A DNA stretch of 55,566 nt, counting the filler, from Trypethelium eluteriae (lineage: Eukaryota), in assembly GCA_051942245.1 (NCBI GenBank). It is 2 parts of 2 records of this genome, joined end to end, with 100 filler letters (N's around TTAATTAATTAA, not from the genome) between each part and the next. Parts side by side here need not be neighbours in the genome. Positions count along the whole stretch, not along the records: positions 27,836 to 55,566 come from JAVECL010000325.1; 1 more part is not named here. The stretch is one strand, 5' to 3'. A program made the position numbers and the translations under genes. Positions 37,470 through 48,969 of this stretch are shown one piece after another (the stretch's first letter is position 1; each line of letters starts with the position of its first letter). The notes beneath the pieces were generated by a model. It worked only from the letters and a program-made list of their open reading frames with translations, made no database searches and was not told the DNA's origin.

Positions 37470-40400
37470 ATGACACCAAGGCAAGAGAATGCCGCGGAGC
37501 GGCAACTTCCTGAATCTCTTGTGACCGTGAGTTTAACTTCAAAGTCACTTGATCCAATCGGCACCTCTACCAAGCAACGATATCGAGCTCTAAGACTTCA
37601 TGATACTTACGATCGCTTCGAATGGCTTTCTAAATGCTGATTCATGAGCCTTCTAGGACTTGAGAACGACTATTGCACAGGAATATGCGAAGTCGGCTGA
37701 CCCTGCGGACTCAGTGAAGGAGGATAACCCTGCGGAAGAGACCACCAGCTCGACAAACAGCAAAATTGCAGCACGCGATAATGAGAGCGAGACGAAAGTG
37801 AGTGGGTTTGGAACAGATATGGGAGGATTCCATTAACGTTAGAACAGGACTCAAATGCTTCTAAAGTCCAGGCTGCTGAAGAGAAATCACTTGCACATTC
37901 CAGAGAGCACCCGCAAGTGGAACAACTTTCGTCCTCCGATGGGAAGCCTCTGCGAGAGAAGGTCCTAACGCCGTCTCTAGACGTAGATGGGTCCTTTAGT
38001 ACTTTTGCGACGTGTGATGGATGTCGTAACGTATGTTACTCTCCGCGCTTAGTTGTAGGATGCTCACCGCAAGTAGGCACTCTTTGGGGTTCGGTATAAT
38101 TGCCAAGTCTGTGACGACTTCGATTTTTGTTCAACTTGTATGGAAAGTGCACGGCAGCCACACCCAGAGCATCGCTTCAAATGCTCCGCACACGATATTA
38201 TCATCCTTCGGAGAGAGGTTTCAGGAGATACTACGCATTCCGTTCTCACAAGGAGTGCCACAAATCACGGCTCAGGCTCATCCCACCCTGATATAAAGTC
38301 GACAAAAGTGACCTATTTACCGAAGGCAAGGTACTCTTATCGCTATTTTGGGCATGATGGGTCAGCCGTCGGAGAAGTGACGTCCACTGAACCTCGTACT
38401 CGGATACCTCTTCAACAGCGAGGTATCCCCGTTATTGAGAAGTTGACGGAGGTAAATACCACACTGCGGGAAAAAGCATCCCAGGTCGCGCTAGATTCCA
38501 TCGACCTCAAAGGGGCGAAAATATACGTTTCAATCCCCTCTCCAATGATTTTGAACGTTCTCAGAGCTGTAGTAGGATACTATCCTGGCTGGAGCTTGAC
38601 AGACGGTTCGTTGAGCCGTTTGAAGCCTAATCTTTTGCTATTTCACCATCACCGGCAGGAGCTCTTATAATATAAAACTGAGCATCCGTCGACGCACGAC
38701 GAGCAGTATGTCAAAGACTGTAACGCCCACATCGATGAAGTGATCCGCTTTCTCGATAATGAAGAGAATCTCCATCAAGAGCGATCAGAAAGGAAATCAT
38801 TCGACGAAAATCTTGTGACCTACGATCAGCTACCGGTACTATTTCGACCAGGCCTGGAAGTGTATGCTTGGAGGGCAGAGCTACTCGAAGCATTTGTCAT
38901 CTCATCGATAGATCCAAACTACTCGGGCCGGGACAGCGAGCGGTCTTTTCAGGTGACAGCTTGGCATGTAGATTTCGATGGCACTGAACTGGGGCGTGCA
39001 GAAGTCAAGTTCTATGTGAAACCGTTCAAAGGAGAGCAAGAGATTACGTCGCTCCCATGTTTCCCTACGGCGCTGTACACCGATCCAGCGGATGAGATAC
39101 CTATAAGGAGACAACTCATCGAACGCGGGAGAAAGTTCTTCGAAATCTCCAAGCGTCCTACATATCTTGAGTTCACCGGGCTGACTTGCGATGTACCTAG
39201 AAGAAAGGTACAGTCCTCTTCCTCCTATCTTTCCTGAAATTTGCTGATCTAATCTAGTACTTCTCGTCGCGTGTTATTTGCGATGCAACATGTGAGCCTT
39301 GGCGCGAATCGAAGTTCCGTTCGAACTTCGACTTTGATCGCACCGATACCGAGAGGGAGTTTCAAAGACCTCTGCTTGGAAAATTCCGCCGTGAAATTAT
39401 GAATACTTACCCAGGTTGCATGTGCGAAAATTGTACACAGATCGACCGTCCTCAAAGCAAGCCAAACCCATTTCGCAAATGGGATAATATCGACCGAGGC
39501 CAGTCTGAATTGGACGACGAGAATATCTTTTTTCTATGCAGTGCCATGGTCTACGGGTATATACTGAAAGAAAGAAGATGGTGTGAGTTTGCTATACCGA
39601 TTAAGTTTTGAGTGTAGACTACATGCTGACTGTCCGAACTGCAGGCCTTCTCAACGTGAACCAACTGACCGAGCCAAAGATTGACGCGAACGCAATTGAG
39701 CTGCTTGTCCTTGAAGACGACAACACGAAAAATCTAATCAAGGCAATATGTTCTAATTACACGAGTCGGGGTACCATGGATACGTACTCTGCGGACTTCA
39801 TCCAAGGAAAAGGAGAAGGACATATATTGTAAACTTGTCCATGTACATGCGCATTCCGATCTATCACTTACAGCCTTCTAGTCTCCTTCATGGACCGCCT
39901 GGTGTTGGCAAAACCCTTACAGCTGGTAGCCTATCTCTATTTTTTCTTTACTTTGTTGTAATTGACTATTTGCACAGAATGCGTTGCAGAATATACCGAA
40001 CGGCCACTTCTACCACTTACAGGTGGAGACATTGGTTCTACTGCCATCGAGGTAGAGAGAAATCTACGCAAATATCTGAGGCGAGGACAAGATTGGAATG
40101 CCGTTGTACTTCTTGACGAAGCCGTAAGATCCCTAGTCCCTACAGACCCACGGACGTAGAGTTCCTGATCTAAACCTTTTAGCATGTATATCTCTCGGCA
40201 AGAGATCTCTCAAATAGTATCGAACATAACAGTGTCGTCTCAGGTCGGTCCTGAACTGAATTCCTCGCGTTTTGTCCATTCTGATGCTGACTTTCGAAAG
40301 TGTTTCTGAGAGAAGTCGAATACTACCGAGGAATCTTATTCTTGACAACTAACCGCGTGGGAAATTTCGACGAAGCGATCACATCAAGGTTGGTTTGAAG

Positions 40401-40932
40401 CAAAGCTCCCTTTTTGACAGTGCATTGTAAGACAATGAATTGACAAACACAGGATACACTTCTCGCTGCACTTTAACAAATTCACTCCAGCATCCCGCAA
40501 ACAGATTTGGAAGAACAATCTGAGGAAACTCGGAAAGGAAAGAAGAGATGTCAAAGTCGACTACAACGTTACCAAGTATATCGACAACGAATTACTTAAT
40601 CTTGACTGGAATGGACGTGAAATCAGAAACGGTGCGTGGAAAGATCATGCCTTCTACTCAATTAAGACTAACGGGTTGTACTAGCGTTCCAGACTGCAGT
40701 ATCACTTGCTCTCTTTGACTCGAAGCATGAGAATGAACGGCAAGCGAAGGAGAGTGGATCGAGCGAGCGGGTGATAGATGCCGAACTGACGGTGGATCAT
40801 ATTCAGCAGGTGGTTGATATGTCTGACAACTTCAAGAAATACATCAACAGTACACACGGTGAAGATCCGGCGACCACTGCCAAGTTCAAGAAATTACGAG
40901 ACGATGATTTTGGAAATAGCAAGGACTACTAA
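37470..40932 (+). pseudogene. ZZ-zinc-finger-containing fungal AAA+ ATPase gene (~11-12 exons) with premature TAA at 38668-38670; 5' end uncertain
   Basis: ZZ finger CDGCRN/ALFGVRYNCQVCDDFDFCSTC...HPEH; VTYDQLPVLFRPG; ITSLPCFP; LIERGRKF; CMCENC; DFIQGKGEG; Walker A LLHGPPGVGKTLTAE; Walker B VVLLDEA; VFLREVEYYRGILFLTTNRVGNFDEAITSRIH; WNGREIRNAFQTA. ORFs 38140..38670 and 38740..39237 share one frame across the stop. Confidence 0.85.
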
Positions 40933-41439
40933 TGCTTCTCCCTGCTGATTGAAGATCTCAGTATAGAATATGCGGCTCCGGGGCTCTGCTAAACATAGTT
41001 AGGACTGACATACTCCAAATACATTTCCTCCGTTATGTTCTACCGAAGGCCGTCCCACGTGCTACTCATAATCGCTGATGGGTTCGATGTTGAAGATAAT
41101 GATTTATCTTTGCAAGTCCTGCTGGGGCCTCTCGGGCTGTAGGAAGGGCCAGAGCTATCAAACCACTCTTCCTTGACTATCCTACTGGGTGTTTTTGTGG
41201 GTTCTCGTCAGTCAAATTGGAAACCTTTTTGGTATCCCATCAGGCTTGAGAACTCAAAATGTCTGTCACCTTCGATGTCGTTGAGCAGTGCACGACCCAG
41301 ATCAATTTCTTGCATCCCAGCTCCCTCACGTCACAACGAAGAAACTGCTCTCGCTTCCCGCCCCGACCATTACCACTTTACTCCCGTCTCGTACGTCAAT
41401 CCGCAGTTTACGCCAATTTTCAGCAAAGTCCATCTCATC

Positions 41440-42035
41440 TTACCCTACCGCACACCTCGTCGCGTCCAAGCCAAAGTGTTCATCGCCTCCAACCCCCAAT
41501 TGCGTACGCATCCTCTTCCCTGTCATCCACACCATCTCCTCCGTTAACGACACAAACTGGTCTAGGAGCGGCGATTTCCCCACCATCACATCTACAAAGC
41601 TCGGCCAATCCGAGCAAGCACTAACACCAACGGCTCCAACCCTTTCGAGTCCAGCGGCTCCTGGTCTAGATCCGCTATACGCGGCTCCTATACCTGCTGC
41701 GTCTCGTCGAAAGTCAGTCCCAGTGGCGAGAACAAGACGATATACAGCGCACTCCTCGTTGTGATCACAGCACCGACTTTGCTGCCCATTGCAACGTACT
41801 GCACGCGCGGCATGTTGAACGTGTGGAGATGCCGGTCCCCCGTCTTCGTCGTCGGGATGCAAGATGGCGCTGCGGCAGGCGCGTCCGCGGAGGAGATGGT
41901 GGCGAGGTGATCGACAGCGGAATTGCGAGGCCAGGGGTTTGGGGCGCCGGACGAGACGAGAACAAGATGGGTGAGGGTGCCGGCGGAGGTGAGGAGGCTT
42001 CGCGGCGGATGATGGGGTGGAGGAAGAGCTGGCAT
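41440..42035 (-). pseudogene. Possible degenerate RCC1/BLIP-II repeat gene remnant (stop plus frameshift near 41690-41600)
   Basis: RVQYVAMGSKVGAVITTRSALYIV in one frame and FVDVMVG...SLTEEMVWMTGKRMRTQLGVG in another resemble RCC1 blades (i..va.G..h...lt..G.vy.wG.n..gQLG.G). Resemblance by eye only. Confidence 0.35.
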
Positions 42036-43234
42036 TTTGAAGGCTGGAGACTGTTTGATGTAGAAGGCAGCGTCGGAATGGGTCGGGAGGCTAAGACTTA
42101 CTGATGGAGGGATCTCGAAGAGGTTCTCGAGCGGATTATTGCCTGGAGGACGTTGCTTGGGATCTTATCACAGGCCCTGGACATCATCCCACGGTATCTT
42201 CTCGAAAAGCTGCTGCGCAGCATTCTCGAAGACTTCTTCGTCGTCTTCAAAAAGGATTCGTTGTTTGTCTTCAGATGCGTAGACAGTGTTCGAGGGTTCA
42301 GAGCTAAATACCTAGTACTGTTTAAATTATCCTTGAGTGATAGGTAGTGTTCTTAACGGCGTTAATGGACAAACTCTATGCTCTTTGTCACGATCGACCT
42401 ATACGCTCGGTAGATATGAGCAAAAGCTTGTGCTTTCTCATCGTCGTTTTTCGCAGGGAAATTCCTGGCATCATTTCCGGAGCGCTGTTCTATCACAAGC
42501 ATACAGGTCCATAACTGAGACGATCTGTGTGGTCGAAGCTGCCAACACGTAAGGAATAGAAATACGTTTGAGGCCTGTCTTTTTAATCTTCTCTTCAGAA
42601 TAAGGAACAAGAAAATTGAAAATTGCGGTAGATAGCGGTCAAACTCTGAAAGAAAGTAACATTGCTTTTTAGGGGGATTTGGTCCACTTCATCGCCGGTT
42701 TCTAGATCTCAGATGACCTTCGCAACCGGACCCAATCAGAGATATACTATGTGCATTGCACATATATACATAATGTGGTCGCTTCTGTCAAGGTCTGAGT
42801 ATCTTGAGATTCATACCTAGTACGTTGGCACATGGTGGTTCAGAAGACAGTGATCCGTAGCAGTGTTATCCTGCCTCAACGCCGTGACAGCCTTCAACCA
42901 TTTTCCTTCACAAAACTTACAACTCAATATCAAGACTGTAATACATGACTTTCTTATGATTCAGCTGGAAGGCGGTTGCTTTGGTCATTGGGCAACAACT
43001 TGTTCAAGGTATGCCACTGTTCGAGCATATAACCCGCGGTTAATGACTTTTACCTGGAATGTAGGCCAAATTACATCGATCTCGAAGTACAAAAACGCTC
43101 AGAGGAGTCACTAGGTACATGACAATGCAAGTTGGCATAGTGGCTGCCGTGAGCTGCAACCCACGAAATTAATGTTCTTTCCCCTTTCTTGCCTTTTTGG
43201 AAAGTGGTGGTTGACACGATGCATTTTTTGTCCA

Positions 43235-44380
43235 TCAACATTCCTTATTCTCCGCCTAGAGGTGACGATAAGATTAGCGCTTGACCAAATAGATTAGTGA
43301 TATGTTTGCACCCTGTTTGTACTAAATTTGAACTCACTTGGGGGCGGTCCACCTTCACAGTGCCAATGGTTTTGGAGGTCTCTGGGGAGCCTTCACCCTT
43401 TTTGCTCTTCTCTGGACTGTTCTTGATGTCGGTCGAGTGTTTTGTCTCGGTGTTTGACAGTCCTTTTTGCTTCGCAGCCATCTGTATGGGTCTTAGAGAT
43501 GATACAGTCAGTGTAGGGAAGATTGGCTAACTGGGTCCGTTCCGCCACCGGCACCATCAGCCCCAGGATTATCCACGCTCTGTGATATGGCGTAACCGCT
43601 ATCAATACGCTTTTTCGCCCCACCCTTAGCATCTGGGACGTGCTTCCGGACGTCAGTCATCTCATTATCCTCATCGCCTTGACTCGTCTTTCCTTTGAAC
43701 CGCACGCCTTCAGGAGTGCCTTTCGTGTCTTGTTCCAGGACATGCGTCTCATGTTTGGATGTGTTATCATTTTCATCTGCTACCTTGGTGTTCTGGAGCT
43801 CGTCGCTGTCGGAATCTGACAGGTCGGTGACCCCTTTGCCTTCGCTTTCTGAGACCTTTGGCTTATCCTTTGGCTCATCCTTTTGCTCCTCTTCACGTTG
43901 TTGCTCTCCATCATCGCCATTCTGCTCCTCACCATCACCCTCTGACTTAGGTGCTTCTTCGGTCTCTTCTTCGTGCTCCTCCTCATGCTCTTCCTTGGCA
44001 TGGCTATGATCGTCGCCATGGTGACCATTAGCGCCGGGTTGCAGGAGATACCAAGCGCCCGGGATCGTTACTGCAGCGGCCCCGAGGCCCCTAAGGAATG
44101 GCATCAGTACGAGAGTCAACAAGCGTTCATTCAAAGACGAGGTCTCAAGCGCAACGGAACTAGCACAGATGATGCTGACAGACGTCCTCGTGAGATTCCG
44201 ATACCGTAATTGAACTCACCATGTCAGATCATTGCTCTTCGCTTGCGTATGGTGGCCACCATCGGCATAGGTCCGCCGAGCTATACGCTGTAATGGACGG
44301 GGCCGCGAGGACCGTAGGGAAGGGCGAATCAGATTGGCACGAGCGCCAGCTCTGAGGGCAGAAGTCCTTGAAAATGCCAT
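43235..44380 (-). CDS. Hypothetical protein, probably mitochondrial single-pass membrane protein with acidic low-complexity region, 4 exons
   Basis: Arg/Ser-rich, acid-free presequence (MAFSRTSALRAGARANLIRPSLRSSRPRPLQRIARRTYA), TM segment W/GLGAAAVTIPGAWYLL, His/Glu-rich linker, C-terminal KQKGLSNTETKHS...KSKKGEG...GTVKVDRPQ. Confidence 0.7.
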
Positions 44381-44946
44381 CTTGAAGCTACAACTATCAG
44401 CTGAAGAAGCAATTGATTGAACTGTTAGGGCGAAAAGGGCTTACAGGGTGTTCAATGACGAGATCAAAGCTAGGAGGTAGGAGGGTACAGTTTTCTCAAC
44501 GTCACTTAATTGTTCCTGAGCATAAGGTGAGCTAATCCAAGACGCTCTAGCCAGAATGAGCAAGGTGCGGAAGAGCTACGCGGGAGGCATCACCGCATTT
44601 TGGCGACTCGATCTCGAGTGTGCCCCTCCTTGGGTCGCTCATACAAAAGTCGGCGTGGGTGACTGCAGAAGCTCATGAGCGTGACTATTCCCAAAGAATC
44701 GAAGGGTCGTGGGAAATACACTCGCTACCCTCTTTATCTTTGTGACCTATAAATGTGGAAAGGTGTGCTGCTGCTGTGATTTCTCTACCACTCACATCTC
44801 GTTGCATTAACCACCTAATAAGCAGGTAGCTCCACCGCTGCCTTCGCATTGCGCTCCTTACGTCTCCCCGAAGATCTCTCGACTTAAACCTAGTCTCCGG
44901 TTCCACTCAAGCTGAGCAGATCACCGATTTATACAACATTTCCACA

Positions 44947-47900
44947 ATGTCCACCAGCATACCTCAAAACCCTAGCTCCGCCAACGTGGCTACGCTGCTC
45001 CCGAAGTTGCACGATGCAGACGCAGACTTCCGTTATATGGCACTCAATGATCTCCAGCAGATACTGAACAATGGCCATGCGACCTTCCTATCCTCTGACT
45101 ACACCATCTCCGCCAAAACCGTGGACGGGCTTCTACATACCCTCAATGATACAAATGGAGAGGTTCAAAATATGGCTGTCAAGTGTCTTGGCCCGTTCGT
45201 GACGAAAGCACCGGATACAATACTGGGTCCGATGATAGACAAAATCTCGAATCTACAGACGGGCAATACCGTGGATAATTCCGTCCCAGCGCTTGCTCTT
45301 AGGGCAGTCGTTGTTTCTTTGCCTCGACCATTACCGGGCGTGCCTCGGTCCAAGGCTGTACAAGATGCGCACTCAGCGATAACCAAGGTTCTGATTCCTC
45401 GTCTTGTAGGATACAACGTTGTCTCGACAGGACGAAAGGATTTACCCAAACCCCCGAAAGGGTTACTTCAAGTAGACATGGAAAATGGGACAGATAGCAA
45501 CGCCATCGACGTCCTCACCGAAGTTGCCCGCTGTTTTGGACCTATGCTTCAGGAGCCGGAAATATATGCCCTACAGAAGATCACGAGCGAAATAATCGAG
45601 AGTGATCGTTCAGGCTCCGTTTTGAGAAAGAAAGCTGTCATTGCCATGTCTGTCCTGGCTTCATACTTCTCTGACTCGCTTCTGAGCTCGTTCCTATCGC
45701 ACTTAATTGAAAGCTTACGCAACCCGCATCTGACGCCAGCCAAGCGAAAGCTATACATCACCATTCTGGGATCTATGGCGAGATCGATCCCAAGGAAGTT
45801 CGGCCCATACCTCAAGACACTATGTCCCTTTGTGCTAAGTACTCTTAGTGCGGATGAGTTGGATTCGGAGATGGCAGATTCGGAGAATGAGGAGGAGCGT
45901 GATCCACAAGTTGATGAAGCTCGAGAAGCTGCTTTGACAGCGCTGGAAGCCTTCCTTTCCTCCTGTGGTCCAGACATGATTGCATATACCCCGGATAGCA
46001 TTGACGCAGCATTACGTTTCCTAAAGTATGATCCGAATTATAATGATGAAGAAGACGACGACGAGATGGGTGGCACGCGAGACGAGGATGAAGACAACGA
46101 ATTCGACCAAGATGAAGATTTTGAAGAAGAAGCTGGTTTCGATGATGAAGACGACATTAGCTGGAAAGTCCGTCGCTGTGCTGCAAAGGTGATTTATACC
46201 ATAATAACCATGCATGGTAGCGGTGATCTGCTCGAAAATGGCACACTGTACTCTCAAATTGCACCAGCCCTGATTTCGCGATTTAAAGAGCGGGAAGAGA
46301 ATGTTCGGTTGGAAGTACTGTCTAGCTTGACAGCACTCGTGAGACGAACTGGCGAGGAAGCGCCTATGACAACGAGCACAACGAACGGAGTTGTCCAGGA
46401 CGGCCTGATGGGGCCTCCACCAAGCCGTAAGCGCAGACGCGTTGGCAGCGATGCTAGCATGTTTGATACCCCAACTCAACTTTCGCTTGCATCAGGTTAC
46501 GTGTCGCCCCCGAAACCTGTCGGCCCAAAAACAGGACCTCAAGCAAGTCTTGCGCAAATTAGCCCTGACATCGTTCGCGGTGTTTCCAAACTCTTGAAGA
46601 CAAGCTCCCAACCTACGAAACAGGCTTCTCTCACATTACTTAAAGATATTGTCATCGCCGAGCACGGTGGGCTTTCAAGTTTCTTGGATCAGATCGTAAC
46701 GCCTCTTTTGGAGGCCTTGAGCTCTTCTGTGTCAAGTACTGGTGCTTCCGCAGCAACGGCTAATAACCTGAGGATCGAAGCATTGCATTTAGTAGCAGTG
46801 ATCGCCGAGGCACATCCTTCGAAAGATCTTGAACCATATCTCGCAAAGATTGTTCCAGCTCTTGCCAAAGCTATCAAAGACCGCTTCAGTAAAGTTGCAG
46901 TTGCGGCACTCAATGCTGCTGAGCAGTGTGTCAAGGCATTAACTCCGCCTCGCTCAGAATCTCCTAGCCAGAATCATTCCACGCACCTGGAACGCCTTTA
47001 CGATATGATTGTAGATCGCATTCCTGCTCAGGACACAGATACTGAAGTCAAATCAAGCGCCGTACACAGCTTGGGTCTCCTGCTCGGACGCACATCTGGG
47101 CCACAGGGCGCGAGTCTGTTACACCGGCAGAAGCGTTTTGCTGGACTGGAGCTCCTACAAGATCGAATGAAGAACGAACTTACGAGGCTGGCATCTGTAC
47201 GTGCAGTTGATGCTGTGGCCGCGCTGGCTCAAGATAAGAACGAGTTCATGACCGAGTGGGTGACCGGTGTCGCTCTTGAGCTGGGTGCGCAGTTACGGAA
47301 GGCAAGCCGGTCCTTAAGGGGTTCTAGTTTGGCAACTTTGCGCATGCTAGTTGCGAACCCAGCAACTCGCGCACATCTTGACGAAAAGACCGTTGAAGAG
47401 GTCGTCAGCTTATTGCTCCCTCTGCTAACTTCTAATGATCTTCATCTACTTGGACCAGCACTTATCATCCTGGCAACACTTGCGAAAAACAATGCTGCAA
47501 ACATCATTAATGATAATACTGTCAAGGCAATCTGCTTTGTAGGTTCGACACCACTGAGCGATCCGGTGGTGGATGCGCTGCTCATCCTCGTCCGGTCAAT
47601 TGGCGAACAGGGCGCTGGCGGGCGTCTCATGCAAGCTTTCTTGAAAGACGTTGGTGTTGGTGGCAACCCTGATTTGACCGGCAAGGTCATTGGGACACTA
47701 CTAGTGTTTGGTGGACCTAGTGTGGGCGTCAAGCTCGACGATTTCATCAACGAACTCCGGACTGCGAAGGACGATCAGAGAAAGTGCCTGGCTCTGTCAG
47801 TACTTGGTGAGGCTGGTCTGCGAATGCGCACGTCTTCACCTTTGCAACCTGATCTTTTCACCAATTATTTTGCAGCCACATCGGATAAGGTGCCGCTGGC

Positions 47901-48969
47901 AGCTGCAGTGGCGCTGGGTCGTGCAGGAGCTGGCAATATCAAGACATATCTCCCGGTCATTCTGTCAACCATGGGAGGTGCTGCTACCAGCAAGTACCTC
48001 TTACTTCATTCCGTACGCGAGATATTGCAACACAGCGAGGCTGAGGCCGACATTATCCCTTATGCGAATGACTTGTGGCAGAATATTGTCGCAGCTTCCA
48101 AATCTGAGGATAATAGGGCAATCGGCTCCGAATGTATTGGCAGACTTGCGATTATCGATCCCAAGGTCTACATTCCGCAGCTACAGACGTTCCTTACAGA
48201 CTCCGAGGCTGATACGCGTGGCATGGTCATCTCTGCACTTCGTTACACATTCGCAGACTCCGACTCTTCATACGATACACATCTCAAGCCAAGCATCATC
48301 TCTATGCTCACAACCATGCTCAACGACCCTTCGCTCGAAGACCGCCGCCTTGCTCTCACCACCTTCACCTCCGCCGCCCACAATAAACCCGACCTCATCT
48401 CGCCACACTTCCCTACGCTCATTCCCCTCGCCATCAAAGAAACTCTCGTCCGGCCGGAACTCGTCCGAGAGGTCCAAATGGGGCCTTTCAAACACAAAGT
48501 CGACGATGGTCTCGAGCTACGCAAGTCAGCCTACGAGACGCTCTACGGCCTCATGGATACCGCCTTCCCGCATCTGTCGCCTCTGTTACCGAACCTCTAC
48601 GACCGTGTCGTCGCGGGCATCACCGATGAGCACGACATCCGCGTGCTGTGCCTGCTTATGTTCGGGAAGCTGCTGACGCTGGCGCCAGAGGAGGAGAGCG
48701 TGAGGCGGTTGGAGCAGGTGGCGAAGGCGTTTCGCTCTGTCCTGAGTCAGAAGCCGAAAGAGAATGCGGTCAAGCAGGATTTGGAGCGCATGCAAGAGCA
48801 GAGTAAAGGAGTGGTGAAAGCGAGTGTATTGGTCAGCAGAGAGGTCCCGGCGGCGGAAGGGTCGGGGATGGAGGTCAGGGATTGGAGGGATTATTGGGAG
48901 TGGGTGAAGAAAGAGTTCCCGGCGTTGGTGAAGGCGGCGGAGGACGAACTGAGAGAGAAAGATCGGTGA
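44947..48969 (+). CDS. CAND1: Cullin-associated NEDD8-dissociated protein 1 (CAND1/TIP120), single exon, unsplit
   Basis: DADFRYMALNDL, NGEVQNMAVKCLGP, YDPNY, DDISWKVRRCAAK, RFKEREENVR, EVQMGPFKHKVDDGLELRKSAYE; 1340-aa HEAT-repeat ORF. Confidence 0.96.
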   Translation: MSTSIPQNPSSANVATLLPKLHDADADFRYMALNDLQQILNNGHATFLSSDYTISAKTVDGLLHTLNDTNGEVQNMAVKCLGPFVTKAPDTILGPMIDKISNLQTGNTVDNSVPALALRAVVVSLPRPLPGVPRSKAVQDAHSAITKVLIPRLVGYNVVSTGRKDLPKPPKGLLQVDMENGTDSNAIDVLTEVARCFGPMLQEPEIYALQKITSEIIESDRSGSVLRKKAVIAMSVLASYFSDSLLSSFLSHLIESLRNPHLTPAKRKLYITILGSMARSIPRKFGPYLKTLCPFVLSTLSADELDSEMADSENEEERDPQVDEAREAALTALEAFLSSCGPDMIAYTPDSIDAALRFLKYDPNYNDEEDDDEMGGTRDEDEDNEFDQDEDFEEEAGFDDEDDISWKVRRCAAKVIYTIITMHGSGDLLENGTLYSQIAPALISRFKEREENVRLEVLSSLTALVRRTGEEAPMTTSTTNGVVQDGLMGPPPSRKRRRVGSDASMFDTPTQLSLASGYVSPPKPVGPKTGPQASLAQISPDIVRGVSKLLKTSSQPTKQASLTLLKDIVIAEHGGLSSFLDQIVTPLLEALSSSVSSTGASAATANNLRIEALHLVAVIAEAHPSKDLEPYLAKIVPALAKAIKDRFSKVAVAALNAAEQCVKALTPPRSESPSQNHSTHLERLYDMIVDRIPAQDTDTEVKSSAVHSLGLLLGRTSGPQGASLLHRQKRFAGLELLQDRMKNELTRLASVRAVDAVAALAQDKNEFMTEWVTGVALELGAQLRKASRSLRGSSLATLRMLVANPATRAHLDEKTVEEVVSLLLPLLTSNDLHLLGPALIILATLAKNNAANIINDNTVKAICFVGSTPLSDPVVDALLILVRSIGEQGAGGRLMQAFLKDVGVGGNPDLTGKVIGTLLVFGGPSVGVKLDDFINELRTAKDDQRKCLALSVLGEAGLRMRTSSPLQPDLFTNYFAATSDKVPLAAAVALGRAGAGNIKTYLPVILSTMGGAATSKYLLLHSVREILQHSEAEADIIPYANDLWQNIVAASKSEDNRAIGSECIGRLAIIDPKVYIPQLQTFLTDSEADTRGMVISALRYTFADSDSSYDTHLKPSIISMLTTMLNDPSLEDRRLALTTFTSAAHNKPDLISPHFPTLIPLAIKETLVRPELVREVQMGPFKHKVDDGLELRKSAYETLYGLMDTAFPHLSPLLPNLYDRVVAGITDEHDIRVLCLLMFGKLLTLAPEEESVRRLEQVAKAFRSVLSQKPKENAVKQDLERMQEQSKGVVKASVLVSREVPAAEGSGMEVRDWRDYWEWVKKEFPALVKAAEDELREKDR

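Noticed and set aside
31365..38670. A-to-I editing rescue of the HET TAG and AAA TAA stops
   Set aside because: Editing would yield Trp, while the HET position is normally Glu and the AAA context does not suggest Trp; neither stop has a strong readthrough context. Not excluded without cDNA.
44947..48969. Unsplit, intronless CAND1
   Set aside because: The fused form is the general eukaryotic state; the split CandA-N/CandA-C is the Aspergillus-lineage exception.
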